A DNA stretch of 64,000 bases from an uncultured Chthonomonadaceae bacterium (lineage in GTDB: Bacteria; Armatimonadota; Chthonomonadetes; Chthonomonadales; Chthonomonadaceae). The position numbers and the translations under genes were made by a program. Shown here piece after piece: positions 49,939-60,765 of this stretch. The DNA lies in assembly GCA_963817895.1 (NCBI GenBank), contig CAWFQB010000006.1, positions 256,001-320,000 on the forward strand, in the 5' to 3' direction. The notes beneath the pieces are model-generated. The model was not told the origin of the DNA. It was given only the letters and a program-made list of their open reading frames with translations, and did no database searches. Position 1 is the first letter of the stretch, and every line of letters starts with the position of its first letter.

Positions 49939-50002
49939 AAGTGAAGAGTGAGAGTGAGAGAAAATGCGTAGTTACTCTCGCTCTCCACTCTCACTCTCAC
50001 TT
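49934..50002. repeat. Heptamer-repeat hairpin (GAGTGAG/CTCACTC)
   Basis: AGTGAAAGTGAAGAGTGAGAGTGAGAG ... CTCTCGCTCTCCACTCTCACTCTCACT, starting at the stop codon. Confidence 0.75.
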
Positions 50003-50020
50003 AAAAAAGGAGTTGTTTCG

Positions 50021-50503
50021 TTGAGCGTATTGTTGAAAACACGCGAGGATACGCTGGCGTTCGGCAAGGCATTGGGAAGTCTGCTGCGTTCAGGAGATGT
50101 GGTTGCGCTGATTGGCGATCTGGGCGCGGGCAAGACCACGTTGACGCAGGGAATCGCGCAGGGCATGGGCATTGTGGAGCGGGTGACAAGTCCGACATTT
50201 ACGCTCGTGCAGGAGTATGGACGCGCCACGCCCCTGTTTCATTTCGACCCGTACCGTCTGGAACGCCCGGAAGATATGACCGACTTCGGTTTTGAGGAGT
50301 ATCTGGAACGGGGCGGAATTGTGGTTGTGGAATGGGCGGACAAGATTGCCGCGCTGCTGCCGGAGGAACGGCTGACGCTTACATTAGAAGAAGCGGGAGA
50401 GAGTGACCCTGACGCGGACGCGGATTCTATTCCGCGCTTGTTGAGAATGGAAGCAATGGGATTGCGGTACGAAGAATTGATGAATTGTTTGCCTTTGGCT
50501 TGA
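50021..50503 (+). CDS. tsaE: tRNA t6A biosynthesis ATPase TsaE
   Basis: GDLGAGKTT, VTSPTF, HFDPYRL and VVEWA; TTG start after AAGGAG. Confidence 0.95.
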   Translation: MSVLLKTREDTLAFGKALGSLLRSGDVVALIGDLGAGKTTLTQGIAQGMGIVERVTSPTFTLVQEYGRATPLFHFDPYRLERPEDMTDFGFEEYLERGGIVVVEWADKIAALLPEERLTLTLEEAGESDPDADADSIPRLLRMEAMGLRYEELMNCLPLA

Positions 50504-50512
50504 TAAAAATCT

Positions 50513-51277
50513 GTGCAGAATAAATCAGACAGAAATTTGATACTGGCGATGGAAACATCCGGCGACGTGTGCAGCGTGGCCGCGCAGCGTGACGGGCAGT
50601 TGGCAGCGGAACATACTTTTCGGCACAACATGCGTCTGTCGGAGCGATTGTTCGGGGAGATTGAGGGCGTCTTAAACGATGCGGACGCGAAATTGGAAGA
50701 CGTGACGGCGTTTGCCGTTGGCATCGGGCCGGGTTCGTTTACGGGTACGCGCATCGGCGTGATGACGATGAAAACGCTGGCGGAAGCGCGACGCAAACCG
50801 CTGTATGGCATCAACAGTTTGGAAGCCATTGCCGCCGCGTATCAGGGTTTGGAAGTGGTATTGGTTGTGCCGCTGCTGCCATGTCGAACGGGCGTCGTGT
50901 TTACGGGCGGGTACAACGTGGATGAAGCCGCGCCCCTTGCCGTGATTGCCCCTGCCGCGTTGACGCCGGAAGAGATGGCCGCGCGGCTTGCGGAACTGGA
51001 TCGCAGGCATATCGTGTTATGCGGTCCGGCTATGCCGAAGCATCGGGACGAGTTGTTTACACGGCTGTCGGAACAGGGCAAACGCGCTTCCTGTGGATTG
51101 GCTTCTATTCCGCAGTCGGCGCAGCTAGCGCGATTGGCAGGTCTACGAATAGCGGACGGGGATACCGGCGACGATCCGGTTGAACTTGTGCCGCTGTATA
51201 TCGCGCCCCCGCCCATCAGCCAGCCCAAACCGGAAAATCGTTCGCCCGTTCAAAACAGGGAAACAGAGCAAAGATAG
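50513..51277 (+). CDS. tsaB: tRNA t6A biosynthesis protein TsaB
   Basis: ILAMETS, GIGPGSFTGTRIG and LVPLY. Confidence 0.95.
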   Translation: MQNKSDRNLILAMETSGDVCSVAAQRDGQLAAEHTFRHNMRLSERLFGEIEGVLNDADAKLEDVTAFAVGIGPGSFTGTRIGVMTMKTLAEARRKPLYGINSLEAIAAAYQGLEVVLVVPLLPCRTGVVFTGGYNVDEAAPLAVIAPAALTPEEMAARLAELDRRHIVLCGPAMPKHRDELFTRLSEQGKRASCGLASIPQSAQLARLAGLRIADGDTGDDPVELVPLYIAPPPISQPKPENRSPVQNRETEQR

Positions 51278-51304
51278 CAAGTTACGTCTTTGCAGGAGCG
51301 TGTT

Positions 51305-52509
51305 ATGCAGTTTGCTGCCGCATTGAGCCGACGGAGGGATACGGACGAGGCCACGCAGGAAGTGATTGCCTCGCTGCGTCGGCAATTGTCCGGTTCCATA
51401 GATTTATTGACCGTTTTCTTTACGGGCGAGCATCAGGAACGGGCCGCGCAAATCGCGCAGCAAATCCGTCAGGCGCTTAATCCGCGCGTGTTGATTGGGT
51501 GCAGCGCGGAGGGCGTGATTGGCGGTGACCGGGAAGTGGAGCGCGAACCGGGGTTGAGCGCGTTGGCAGGAAATTTGCCGGGCGTGATTTTGACGCCGTT
51601 TCAGATCAATTATGTGGAGTGGGATTACGTGTTGGAGGAGTCGGGGCGAACCCTGCGCCGTCGCGTGGGCGTTCGGCGCGACACGGTTCCCGGTGATGAG
51701 GACGAAACTCGCGCGTATCTGCTGTTTGGCGACCCGTTTACCACGCCCATTATCGAACTGATGCAGGCTCTGGATTCTATGGGGGAGCGCGAACCGTTGG
51801 CGGCATGGCGAGCAGCGGCGACCAACCCGGTCAAAATGTGCTGCTGCTCAACGACCAGACGTTTGACGATGGCGTTGTGGGCGTTCGGATTGCCGGGAAT
51901 GTGCGCGTGGATTCGGTTGTCAGTCAGGGCTGCCGCCCGCTTGGCGAAACCCTGCTGGTGACAAAGGCCGAGGAGCAGGTGATTCACACGCTGGGTGGCA
52001 AGCCCGCGCTGGAAGCCGCGCAGAATACATTCAGTGAATTGTCGGACGAAGAGCAGGAACAGGTTCAGAACGGTTCGCTGTTTTTAGGCATTGTCACCAA
52101 CGAATATCAGGACCGCTTCGACCGGGGCGACTTTTTGATACGGGGCGTATTCGGCGTTGACCCCGATTCAGGTTCGCTCGTCATTGGCGAAGAGGTGCAG
52201 GCGGGACAGACGGTGCAGTTCCACATTCAGGATGCCCAAACCGCCGACGAAGACCTGCGCCTGCTGATGCGCCGTTCCGCAACCCACGACTCGCCCCCGA
52301 TGGGCGGGCTGGTATTCAGTTGTAACGGCAGGGGCGCGCGGATGTTCGACCTGCCCAACCATGACGTGCGCGGCGTCCTCGAAGTCGTCCCCGAAACGCC
52401 GCTTGCCGGATTTTTCGCAGCCGGTGAACTTGGCCCCATTGGCGGCAAAAGTTTTCTGCACGGTCAAACCGCAAGCATTGTCCTCTTCCGTTCCAGCCTC
52501 AAAGCGTGA
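51305..52509 (+). CDS. FIST-domain signal transduction protein, frameshift near 51795
   Basis: IGCSAEGVIG, GGMAS, VSQGCRP, FSCNGRG and GFFAAGELGP. Confidence 0.9.
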
Positions 52510-52621
52510 AACAGATGAACACGGATCAGCAGACCCTTCAAGACGGCAACCCAAAATCACATCGTTATCCATTCGGACGGCGCTATTCCGGCCTACCTGA
52601 TTGCTCGTATAAGGAAACATT

Positions 52622-53914
52622 ATGACTTTGATAGATGTGCAGGCGGAACGACGGAAATTTTCTTCTTTGTCGCAAACATGGGAGGGGCAGCCCGCCGTTT
52701 TCTTTGACAATCCGGGCGGAACGCAGGTTCCTGACAGCGTAATTGACGCGACCGCGCGCTATTACCGCGAACAAAACGCCAATGTCGGGGGCGCGTTCCC
52801 GACGAGTAAGCGGACGGATGATGTTGTCACGCGGGCGCGGCAGGACATGGCAGACCTGCTCAACGCCGCAAGCCCGCATGAAATCGTGTTCGGCGCGAAC
52901 ATGACCACGCTGACGTTTCATCTGGCGCGTTCGATTGCGGATACCATTCAGGCGGGGGATGAGATTGTCGTCACTAATCTGGATCACGACGCCAATGTCG
53001 CGCCCTGGACGGACTTAAAGGCGCAGGGCGCGGTCGTGAAAATCGTGGATATTGACACCAATGATTGTACGCTTCCACTTGCAAACGTACAAAGCGCCTT
53101 ATCGGAACGGACGAAACTGGTGGCGATTACTCACGCTTCCAATGCGGTCGGCACGGTTCCCGACGTGGCGGCGATTATCCGCATGGCGCATGAAGCGGGC
53201 GCGCTCGTGTTTGTGGATGCGGTTCAGTTCGCGCCGCACGGCCCCATTGATGTGCAGGCGCTGGACTGTGATTTTCTCGCCTGCTCCGCATACAAGTTCT
53301 TCGGCCCGCATGTGGGTATCTTGTACGGCAAATCCGAACATCTGGAACGGCTGACGCCGCATAAGGTGCGCCCCTCCAAAAACGCCATTCCGTACCGTTG
53401 GGAAACGGGTACGCTCAATCACGAAGGATTGGCGGGCGTTTCGGGAGCCGTGCAGTATCTTTCCACCCTGACGCAGACGGCGAATGAAAACGCCGACAAC
53501 GAAGATATGAAGAACATTGCTGTCGGGGAACCGCATCACAAACATCGTCGGCACGAGACACTGGGCAAAGCGATGCAGATGGTGAAGGCGTATGAGGAGA
53601 CGCTTTCCGGCTACCTGTTGGAACGCCTGAAAACGCTGGACGACATCACGCTGTACGGCATTGCGGACCCGAACCGGCTTGCGGAGCGCGTGCCGACATT
53701 CGCCTTTACCTGGCCGCGCCTGTCGCCACGATCTACCGTAGAGCATCTGGCGCGGCACGGAATAGCCGCCTGGTCGGGCAACTACTATGCCCTGCGCCTG
53801 ATGGAAAAATTGGGGCTGGAAGCGGAGGGCGGCGCGGTTCGCATCGGTTTGGCGCACTACAACACAACCGAAGAGATTGACCGCTTGATTGTCGCGCTGC
53901 ATGAAGTTTCGTAG
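52622..53914 (+). CDS. Cysteine desulfurase-like PLP enzyme (VC1184 subfamily)
   Basis: FDNPGGTQVP, LDHDANV, SAYKFFGPH, ETGT and WSGNYYA. Confidence 0.9.
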   Translation: MTLIDVQAERRKFSSLSQTWEGQPAVFFDNPGGTQVPDSVIDATARYYREQNANVGGAFPTSKRTDDVVTRARQDMADLLNAASPHEIVFGANMTTLTFHLARSIADTIQAGDEIVVTNLDHDANVAPWTDLKAQGAVVKIVDIDTNDCTLPLANVQSALSERTKLVAITHASNAVGTVPDVAAIIRMAHEAGALVFVDAVQFAPHGPIDVQALDCDFLACSAYKFFGPHVGILYGKSEHLERLTPHKVRPSKNAIPYRWETGTLNHEGLAGVSGAVQYLSTLTQTANENADNEDMKNIAVGEPHHKHRRHETLGKAMQMVKAYEETLSGYLLERLKTLDDITLYGIADPNRLAERVPTFAFTWPRLSPRSTVEHLARHGIAAWSGNYYALRLMEKLGLEAEGGAVRIGLAHYNTTEEIDRLIVALHEVS

Positions 53915-53945
53915 CGTATCGTGAACAGGCGTAAAGGACACAATA

Positions 53946-54393
53946 TGAAGGTGAACGGCAATAAACCGACGCGCATCGTCACAAATGGCGAATTTGTGCG
54001 AGAACACAGCAAACGCGCGGGCCTGCGCGGATGGGGATTATTGTTGTTTACATTGGGTTCTCTTTTGTGGTGTTTGCTATACTTGTGATAATCGCGGCGG
54101 TCATGGACGAACACCGCGTTATATACGAAGCATTCCTGGGCATTTGCTTTAACGCCACGATGGCGTATCTTTTGTTTCGACAGAGCAATGTTAATATGCG
54201 ACAGGCGGAACAGATTTAGCCTGGCATTCCCCTTTCGCGCGTGAACACCGCGCATTTGCCGGCTGTGGGCAGCCTGGTACGCGCTTCGCAGGAAACTGCG
54301 GATGTGCAGAAGACTGTACTTCTGCGTGGGGCAATGGAAGAGCAGAATACGCCTAAAGAACAGCTTGTCAGGCCGTCAGGAATACAGGAGTGA
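53946..54393 (+). pseudogene. Membrane hypothetical protein disrupted by a frameshift (~54030-54060) and an in-frame TAG (54217)
   Basis: MKVNGNKPTRIVT..., then TM helices, then after the TAG PGIPLSRVNTAHLPAVGSLVRASQE...LLRGA...TPKEQLVRPSGIQE*. Confidence 0.55.
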
Positions 54394-54516
54394 CTTATGA
54401 ATGGCTGGCTTTGGCTTATCGTTGACCTTGCCATAACGCTGCTGTTAAGCGAATTGTACAACTGGTTTTTCAAAGATTAATTTTCGGGTGAAGTACGCCG
54501 GAGAATTGGGGCTGAA

Positions 54517-56463
54517 ATGAGATTTGCGATTCTTATGATCTGTATGCTGTTAGCGCTGGCGGGGAACGCGCGGGCGGCGGAACAGAAAATTGTGCTAACG
54601 CCCGAAATGGTTATCAATGAGACGGGGCTTGGCGACGCGGCTTTGCTGGTGGATGAGCAGGCGCAAGTGGGCGACCCGGCGAACGGCAAGGGGCAGGCTC
54701 CGGGCAAGCCGTTCTTTCCGGGTTGGACGGCCTGGTACTATCCCGCGCATGTTGTGATTGATCTTGGCGTAAAGCATCATGTTACGCGCGTGTTTCTGTA
54801 CAACGAAACGGGACAGAACGAACTTGTAATTTCATCGGGAACCCCCGTCGCGTGGAAACCGCAGAATGTTACCCTTGACGGCTATCGCAATTGGAAGCCG
54901 TTCATGATAGGAGCGGATACGCGCTATTTGCGGATTACGCTGCTGCGTCCCACGTCCCTGCCAGAAATCGTTGTTTATGGCGAACGGCTGCCGGGGCAGA
55001 ATACAGTCGCCTCGCCGTTGCCGCGCAGTGTTCGGACGGCCCCGCTCATGGAAAAGTTTATCGGCGCGAATGTGTTTATTGACGATCCGTTAGACAAAAT
55101 CGCCACGCCTATCGGATTTGCGCGGGAGTACCATTCGTGGGGCTGGGATGTGGAAAACGCCGACCATCTCACGCGCTTTCAGCCGAGCGCGGCGGCAGGG
55201 GGCAATTCGTGGTTTTTTGATGATTATTACGCGAAACTGAGGGCGCGAAGCGTGGATGTATGCCCCGCGATGCAGGGATTGGCGACGGCCTTTTATCCCG
55301 GCGCGGACGTGGACCACAAGCCCGTAGACAAGGGCAAGAATACTGAAGACCCTGCCTCGTATACCCGTCATGCCGCGCATATGTTTCAGATGGCGGCTCG
55401 TTACGGCCATCACGCCGTTGGGGATAATAAACTCACGCTCGCGCCCGGTCAACCCCGCAAAAGCGGGCTGGGCGCATTGGATTACCTTGAAAACTGGAAC
55501 GAGCCGGACAAAACGTGGCGGGGACGAGAGGGACTGTTCACGCCGTATGAACTGGCGGCGATGTCGAGCGCGGACTACGACGGCGATCAGGGCAGGATGG
55601 GCGCGAATGTGGGCGTTAAGCAGGCCGACCCGAAGATGCAGCTTGTGTTGGGCGGACTGGCGGGTTTGAATCTCGACTATATACGCGCCATGAAATTGTG
55701 GGCCGACACGCGCAGGGGCGGCAGTTTCCCCGCCGACGCGCTGAATTTGCACCACTATTCCAGTACGGGAAATGAGCAGGGATTTCAGCCCAATGGAAGC
55801 GGCATCAGCCCGGAAGCCGATCATCTCAAAGAGAAGATGGCGCAAATCGCTGCCTGGCGTGACCGCAACTTGCCGGATAAGCAGTTATGGGTGACGGAAT
55901 TCGGTTATGACACCAACCCGAAATCTCCTCTTCACGCTCCCGCTATTGGAACCCTCTCCGCCGAGCAGGTGCAGGGCGCGTGGCTGATTCGCAGTTATCT
56001 CGCGCTTGCGGCGGCAGGCGTAGATCGAGCGGCAATGTTCATGCTGCGGGATGTGAAGTCGGATGGGGGCGGCGTGTTCGAGACGTGCGGGCTGGTGACG
56101 GAAAAGGGCAAATGGGAGCCGAAGCCCTCGTGGTACTATATTGCGACATTAAAGCATCATCTGACGGGGATGCGTTATACGGGCGAAGTGGCTTCAGGCA
56201 GGCCGGATGTGCTGATTTACCGGTTTCAGGGCGCGAAAAAAGGAACAAGCGTATGCGCCGTCTGGTGTCCGACCAGTGAAGACAAGCATGTGGCAAACTA
56301 TCGTTTCCCGCAAAAGGTTGACAATGCAACACAAGTCACGCTCATCAACGGCAAAACGGAAGGAAGCAGCCAACCCGTGCAGAGCGCGAACGGCGCACTA
56401 TCCCTTACCGTCAGCGAAACGCCGATCTTGCTGCGCGTCACGGAAGCCAGGCGCGGTTTGTAG
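54517..56463 (+). CDS. Secreted clan GH-A glycoside hydrolase with an N-terminal discoidin/F5-8-like domain
   Basis: Signal peptide; VVIDLG...TRYLRI; catalytic-type ENWNEPD and WVTEFGY. Confidence 0.8.
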   Translation: MRFAILMICMLLALAGNARAAEQKIVLTPEMVINETGLGDAALLVDEQAQVGDPANGKGQAPGKPFFPGWTAWYYPAHVVIDLGVKHHVTRVFLYNETGQNELVISSGTPVAWKPQNVTLDGYRNWKPFMIGADTRYLRITLLRPTSLPEIVVYGERLPGQNTVASPLPRSVRTAPLMEKFIGANVFIDDPLDKIATPIGFAREYHSWGWDVENADHLTRFQPSAAAGGNSWFFDDYYAKLRARSVDVCPAMQGLATAFYPGADVDHKPVDKGKNTEDPASYTRHAAHMFQMAARYGHHAVGDNKLTLAPGQPRKSGLGALDYLENWNEPDKTWRGREGLFTPYELAAMSSADYDGDQGRMGANVGVKQADPKMQLVLGGLAGLNLDYIRAMKLWADTRRGGSFPADALNLHHYSSTGNEQGFQPNGSGISPEADHLKEKMAQIAAWRDRNLPDKQLWVTEFGYDTNPKSPLHAPAIGTLSAEQVQGAWLIRSYLALAAAGVDRAAMFMLRDVKSDGGGVFETCGLVTEKGKWEPKPSWYYIATLKHHLTGMRYTGEVASGRPDVLIYRFQGAKKGTSVCAVWCPTSEDKHVANYRFPQKVDNATQVTLINGKTEGSSQPVQSANGALSLTVSETPILLRVTEARRGL

Positions 56464-56655
56464 GGACACAACTTGCCAGGGGTTGAAAACCTCTGTCTAC
56501 ATGGCCTACGGCCAAGCGTCCTTCGGATGCGAATTTATCTTTAACAAGGTTTTGCGTCCGAAGGACGCTTGGCCGTAGGCCACTCAGACGGGTACGTTCT
56601 CTGTACCCGGCCTATTGGGACGCCACTCAGACGGGTTAGGCAATACCCGGCAACA
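56460..56655. repeat. Composite REP cluster between convergent genes
   Basis: GTAGGGACACAACTTG; TGGCCTACGGCCAAGCGTCCTTCGGA...TCCGAAGGACGCTTGGCCGTAGGCCA; GCCACTCAGACGGG twice. Confidence 0.8.
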
Positions 56656-56709
56656 ATGTGTCCGGTAGTGAAGGTTTTATTTATACCAATATTAAGGGAG
56701 TTGCTGCTG

Positions 56710-59700
56710 TCAGGGCAGGCGTTCTAATGGGATGCCGCCCTGCGCGGGGTATTTGCCGCGCCAGCGGGGTGTGCCATCGGGCAGAGGAATGGTTTGAAAA
56801 CCGTCGGGCAGGCGAAGCGATTTCAGGCCGCTGCCCTGAAGCGTCACCTGCTTATCAATAAGAATCGAATAATATGTCAATGCTTGCTTCCGGCGTTGGT
56901 TGCGCATCTCCTGCCGACCTTGCTGCCGGTACATGAAGGTTCATTACGCCGACTGCGCCGGACAGGGGCGCAAGCAGGGAAAAACCGTCGCCGATTATGC
57001 CGTTGTGCCATAACGCGCCATCCAGTACTTGTGCCGCGCCGAATACCGAGGGCATTACGCCGGTCGGGACGGGCGGAAAATTTTGGAGGTAGTTTTCCGA
57101 GAACTCTCCGGCAAGAGTGGTATCGCGCAGGGCGGCTTCAGCCATCAGCGCGGCCTCGTCCGGTGTGCCGTACTGCCAGATACCGCGCTGCGTAAAGTTG
57201 TACTTGGGAAACCCGGCCAACTGCCCGATGAGAAACGGCGTATCGCGATTTACGGACGCGCGGAACAGGCGCAAAAACGTGTCGCGTTCGCCAACGGTCA
57301 GCAGGGCAGGCGGCAGAACCAGTCCCTGCAAGTTCCACGAGCGATCCGGCTCCTCGCGCTTGCCGGTAGATGAACGAAACAGGCGGTACGTATGTTCGCT
57401 GACCGCGTCGTTGCGTGTCCAAAACCATGCGTGGTAATTGGAAGCAAGCGCGTTGAGTTGCGTTTGCCAGAAGGCGGCTTCATCGGGCAGGTTCAGCGCG
57501 TTCGTGATACGTTGCGCATACTGCATGTCCATCAGGGCGTGAACCACGAATTCGGAATCTTTTTCATCCGGGGGCGTCGCGCCTTTGTACAGCCAGCGGG
57601 GATTGGTGGCTTTCCACAGGAGCAGGCGCTTCAGGGCGGGGTAGATTTTGCGCCAGCCGCGCTTTGTCGCCCGTTTCCGAATAAAGAACCCAGGCGGTTT
57701 GGGCATGGCGCGACGGCAGGCCCTCTCCTCCCAACGAACCATCCGACGCGACGAAAGACAGCAATCCCTCATACGCTTGCCAGGCTGTTTCGGGCGCGAC
57801 GCGGGCCATGAACTGCATGGCAATAAAACTTTCCCACTGCGAAGAGGGGCGGGCATGAACCGCGCCCTCGTCCCACAAAGAGGCTTTGCCGCACGGCATC
57901 TGCGGGTACGCGAACCCATTTTCCGGTTGCGGGGGCAGGATATTGGCGAACAGGAAAACCCACGCCCTGTAGTACGTTCGACGTATCGCTTCAGCCGTCG
58001 CGCCCCGCGCGTCCAGCGTATGCAGGGTAAAGTCAAGCGGGTGGGGTACGCGGTTCAGGCGTTGGTTCCACGCTGTGGCCTGCGCGTCCAGGGCGGAAGT
58101 AACCCCCTGCGGCGTTGTAAATGGCGATACAGATGTCATCAATTCCGCGATTTGCGCGGGCGCGTTTTCAGATGTGGGCGCGAACCGCGCCGCAACAATG
58201 ATGTCATCACCCGTTTGCGCGTTATCAAATGTCAGCGCCCACGAACCATTTGCGGGTACGGTCGGCAAGCCGTTCCGCCCCACCAGACGCTCAATTTCGG
58301 ACGCGAATCTGCCAAGCCAACGCGCTACGCGGCTAACAGCAATTACGGCGCGATAGCCTTCCCCCTCCACAATCAACATTCGGCGCGTGTCGTCCCACCG
58401 CGCCGTTCCCGCCCCTATTTGCCCGGATAAAACCAATGATTGCGCGTTGGCCCGACGAACATGCAGTTTCTGAACGACCGTCTGCGCATCGGCAAGCCCA
58501 ACAACACTCTCTACCTGCATATCGCCATCGGCTGTACGCGCCTGCGTCGTAATTTGGTGTGGGAACCAGAGGGTTTCCTGTGGCGTCAGGGCGGGAATGG
58601 TATCGCGGGTTCCGGCAAAGCGCAGGCCGCTCACGGTGACGGAACTGTTGTTGATGCCGATAGCAAAGAGAATGAGTTTGAACGCGCGCTTCCCGCGCCA
58701 GCCGGTAAGCGTACGTAGATCGTAGCAGAAGTTGCCCGTCTGCGATGTATCGGCCTGAATGTAGGTGTCTGCGGCCTGCTGTCCCGAATTCACTTTCAGC
58801 GCCCATTGTCCTGCGCAGCGTGGAACCTGTACCAGCAGAAAGGGTGTTTTATCCAGGTCTACGGTCGTGTCTGTTGTCAGCGACCCGAAAGAACCACTCA
58901 GGACTGAAAACCGCATTTGTCCGTTCACGAATCGCGCTGCCGCCCGCTCTGCTGTCCAGCGCGTTGACGCGGCGGGCGTAAAGTCGGCGGCAGGGCCGCT
59001 TGTAACCGAAACGGGCGGCGCGTTCTGCGCGTTTGTTTGCCATGCCCAGAAGCGCGGCAGGCGAACAGGCGTTTCCCCGACATAATAAGCAATATTGAGA
59101 GGAAGCGAGGGGGCGAGAGCAGGCGGTACGGCAGGCGCGGACGACATCGTAGGATTGATAACAAGGCGGCTGTCGGGCAGACTGAGCCAGCGTGGAGTCG
59201 TAATACGCTCCCGAAGCGTGTCGCAGGTGACAATCTGCGCCTCGAAGCCGGTTGTGGGTACGAATTGCTGCGAACGTCCAAACACGGCCTGCATGCCCTG
59301 TACGCCGACTGCAGGCCAGCCGACATGAAGCAGAGCAGGGTCTTCCAGAGAATACGCGATGTGCCACACCGCCGCCCCAGTGGAGTTAAATACGTCGGCG
59401 GAAATGCGATTTTGCGCAAGCGTGACGCGCAGGCGGTACTCGGTATTCCACTTCCAATCGAGCGGCTGCCCGGAATGTTCGAGAACATGCAGGGTTTGCT
59501 CGCCGACGCCCTGCCCATCCCGTAACAGCGTGAGTTCCGCATAGCGATGGGCATTGTCGGGGCTTTCCACGAGCGCAAGTCGCCAGTAGTTTGCCAGATC
59601 GCGGTACAGGCACAGCCCGCCCGCGCTCCAGCTTGCGCCAATACATTTTGTCGGCGTGAGCGTGGTTTCCAGTGTTTGCAGTTGGGCGAACCGCGCATCT

Positions 59701-59915
59701 TCTGCAACGGCAAACCCGCGCGCGGTTTCCGACACTTCGCCAATCAGGTTATCCTGCGCTCCTTCAGGTTTGACGCGCCAGATTCCGCCCGCCGAACGCC
59801 ACTGCTTCAGAACAGGATGAAAGTCAAGCACCGGAATGGCTTTCTCCTGCGCCCCTGCCGCCAGAGACATGCCTCCCATCCAGAGCATCAGACAAGCGTA
59901 TAGATATACGCGCAC
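56710..59915 (-). CDS. Secreted multidomain protein with a six-hairpin glycosidase-like C-terminus; frameshifts ~57650 and ~56865
   Basis: Signal peptide after GGGAGG; lectin-like N-domain; YYRAW..LFANILP, SQWES, LGGEGLPSR and GEFSENY. Confidence 0.6.
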
Positions 59916-59957
59916 ATTCAGCCTCCCTTTCCACATCAGCGTGAACACTATCCGCGT

Positions 59958-60765
59958 TTATTCGCGTTCATTCGCGGCTAAAAACCGCAGGGGGTGAAGA
60001 GCGGAAACCAGGCCGTGTTCAAAGCATTTCTGCTGATAGGTTCTCAGTCCCTCCATCTGATCGGGAGTCAGGTCGTAGTTCATGACGTGGATGAGGTAGT
60101 CAAGGCAGCGGTCGAGCGGCAGGTTCATGCGATCCGCCCATTTCGCGGCCAGTTCTTCCAGACGGGCTAATCCCCATATTTTCGCAGTGGTAAGAACGCC
60201 GCGTCATCTCTTTGGAAGCGCGATCCTCGCGGGCAAGCCAGCAGGCGTACACAAACGGCAGGCCGGTCAGGTCATGCCAGCCCTGTCCGAGATCGTAAAC
60301 GACGGTTCCCGGCATCAAATCGAACAGTTTCAAATCCCCGATAATCAGTCCCGCGTCGTATTCCGAAAGCATGGCTTCCAAATCCGGCGCATGATGAACG
60401 TACCGGGGCGACAGGCCGAACGACTCGCTTAGTAGAATTTGCAGCAGGGCGTTGGAGGTCAGGCTGCTGGTATCCAGCGCGACGGTTTGAATTTGCGCAA
60501 GGGGTACGCGGGAAAACAGCCGGACGCTTTTCACGGCGCTATAGGCGGAAATGCTGATGCCGGGAATAATGACCAATTCGGGGTTTTGCAACGCCTCAAA
60601 AATGCTGACATTCGCCACATCCAGTTCGTCCGCTCGCAACTGTTCCGCAAGGCGGGAGGGGACAGCATAGGTGAGCGCGGCATTGGAGTCACATTCGGGA
60701 CTGTGAAACCAGTCTACCTGCGGCTTTGCATTCAAATAAGGCACACTGCCGATTCGCATCATCAC
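59958..60765 (-). CDS. mqnA: Chorismate dehydratase MqnA, frameshift near 60200
   Basis: IGSVPYLNAKP, AVKSV, SSLTS, LIIGD and TGLPFVYA. The corrected frame continues DYLIHVMNYDL...NERE* to 59958. Confidence 0.9.

Noticed and set aside
54217..54219. Pyrrolysine or stop-codon reassignment
   Set aside because: TAG ends several normal genes here (e.g. 27827, 37601, 53914), no pyl genes are seen, and the ORF also has a frameshift.
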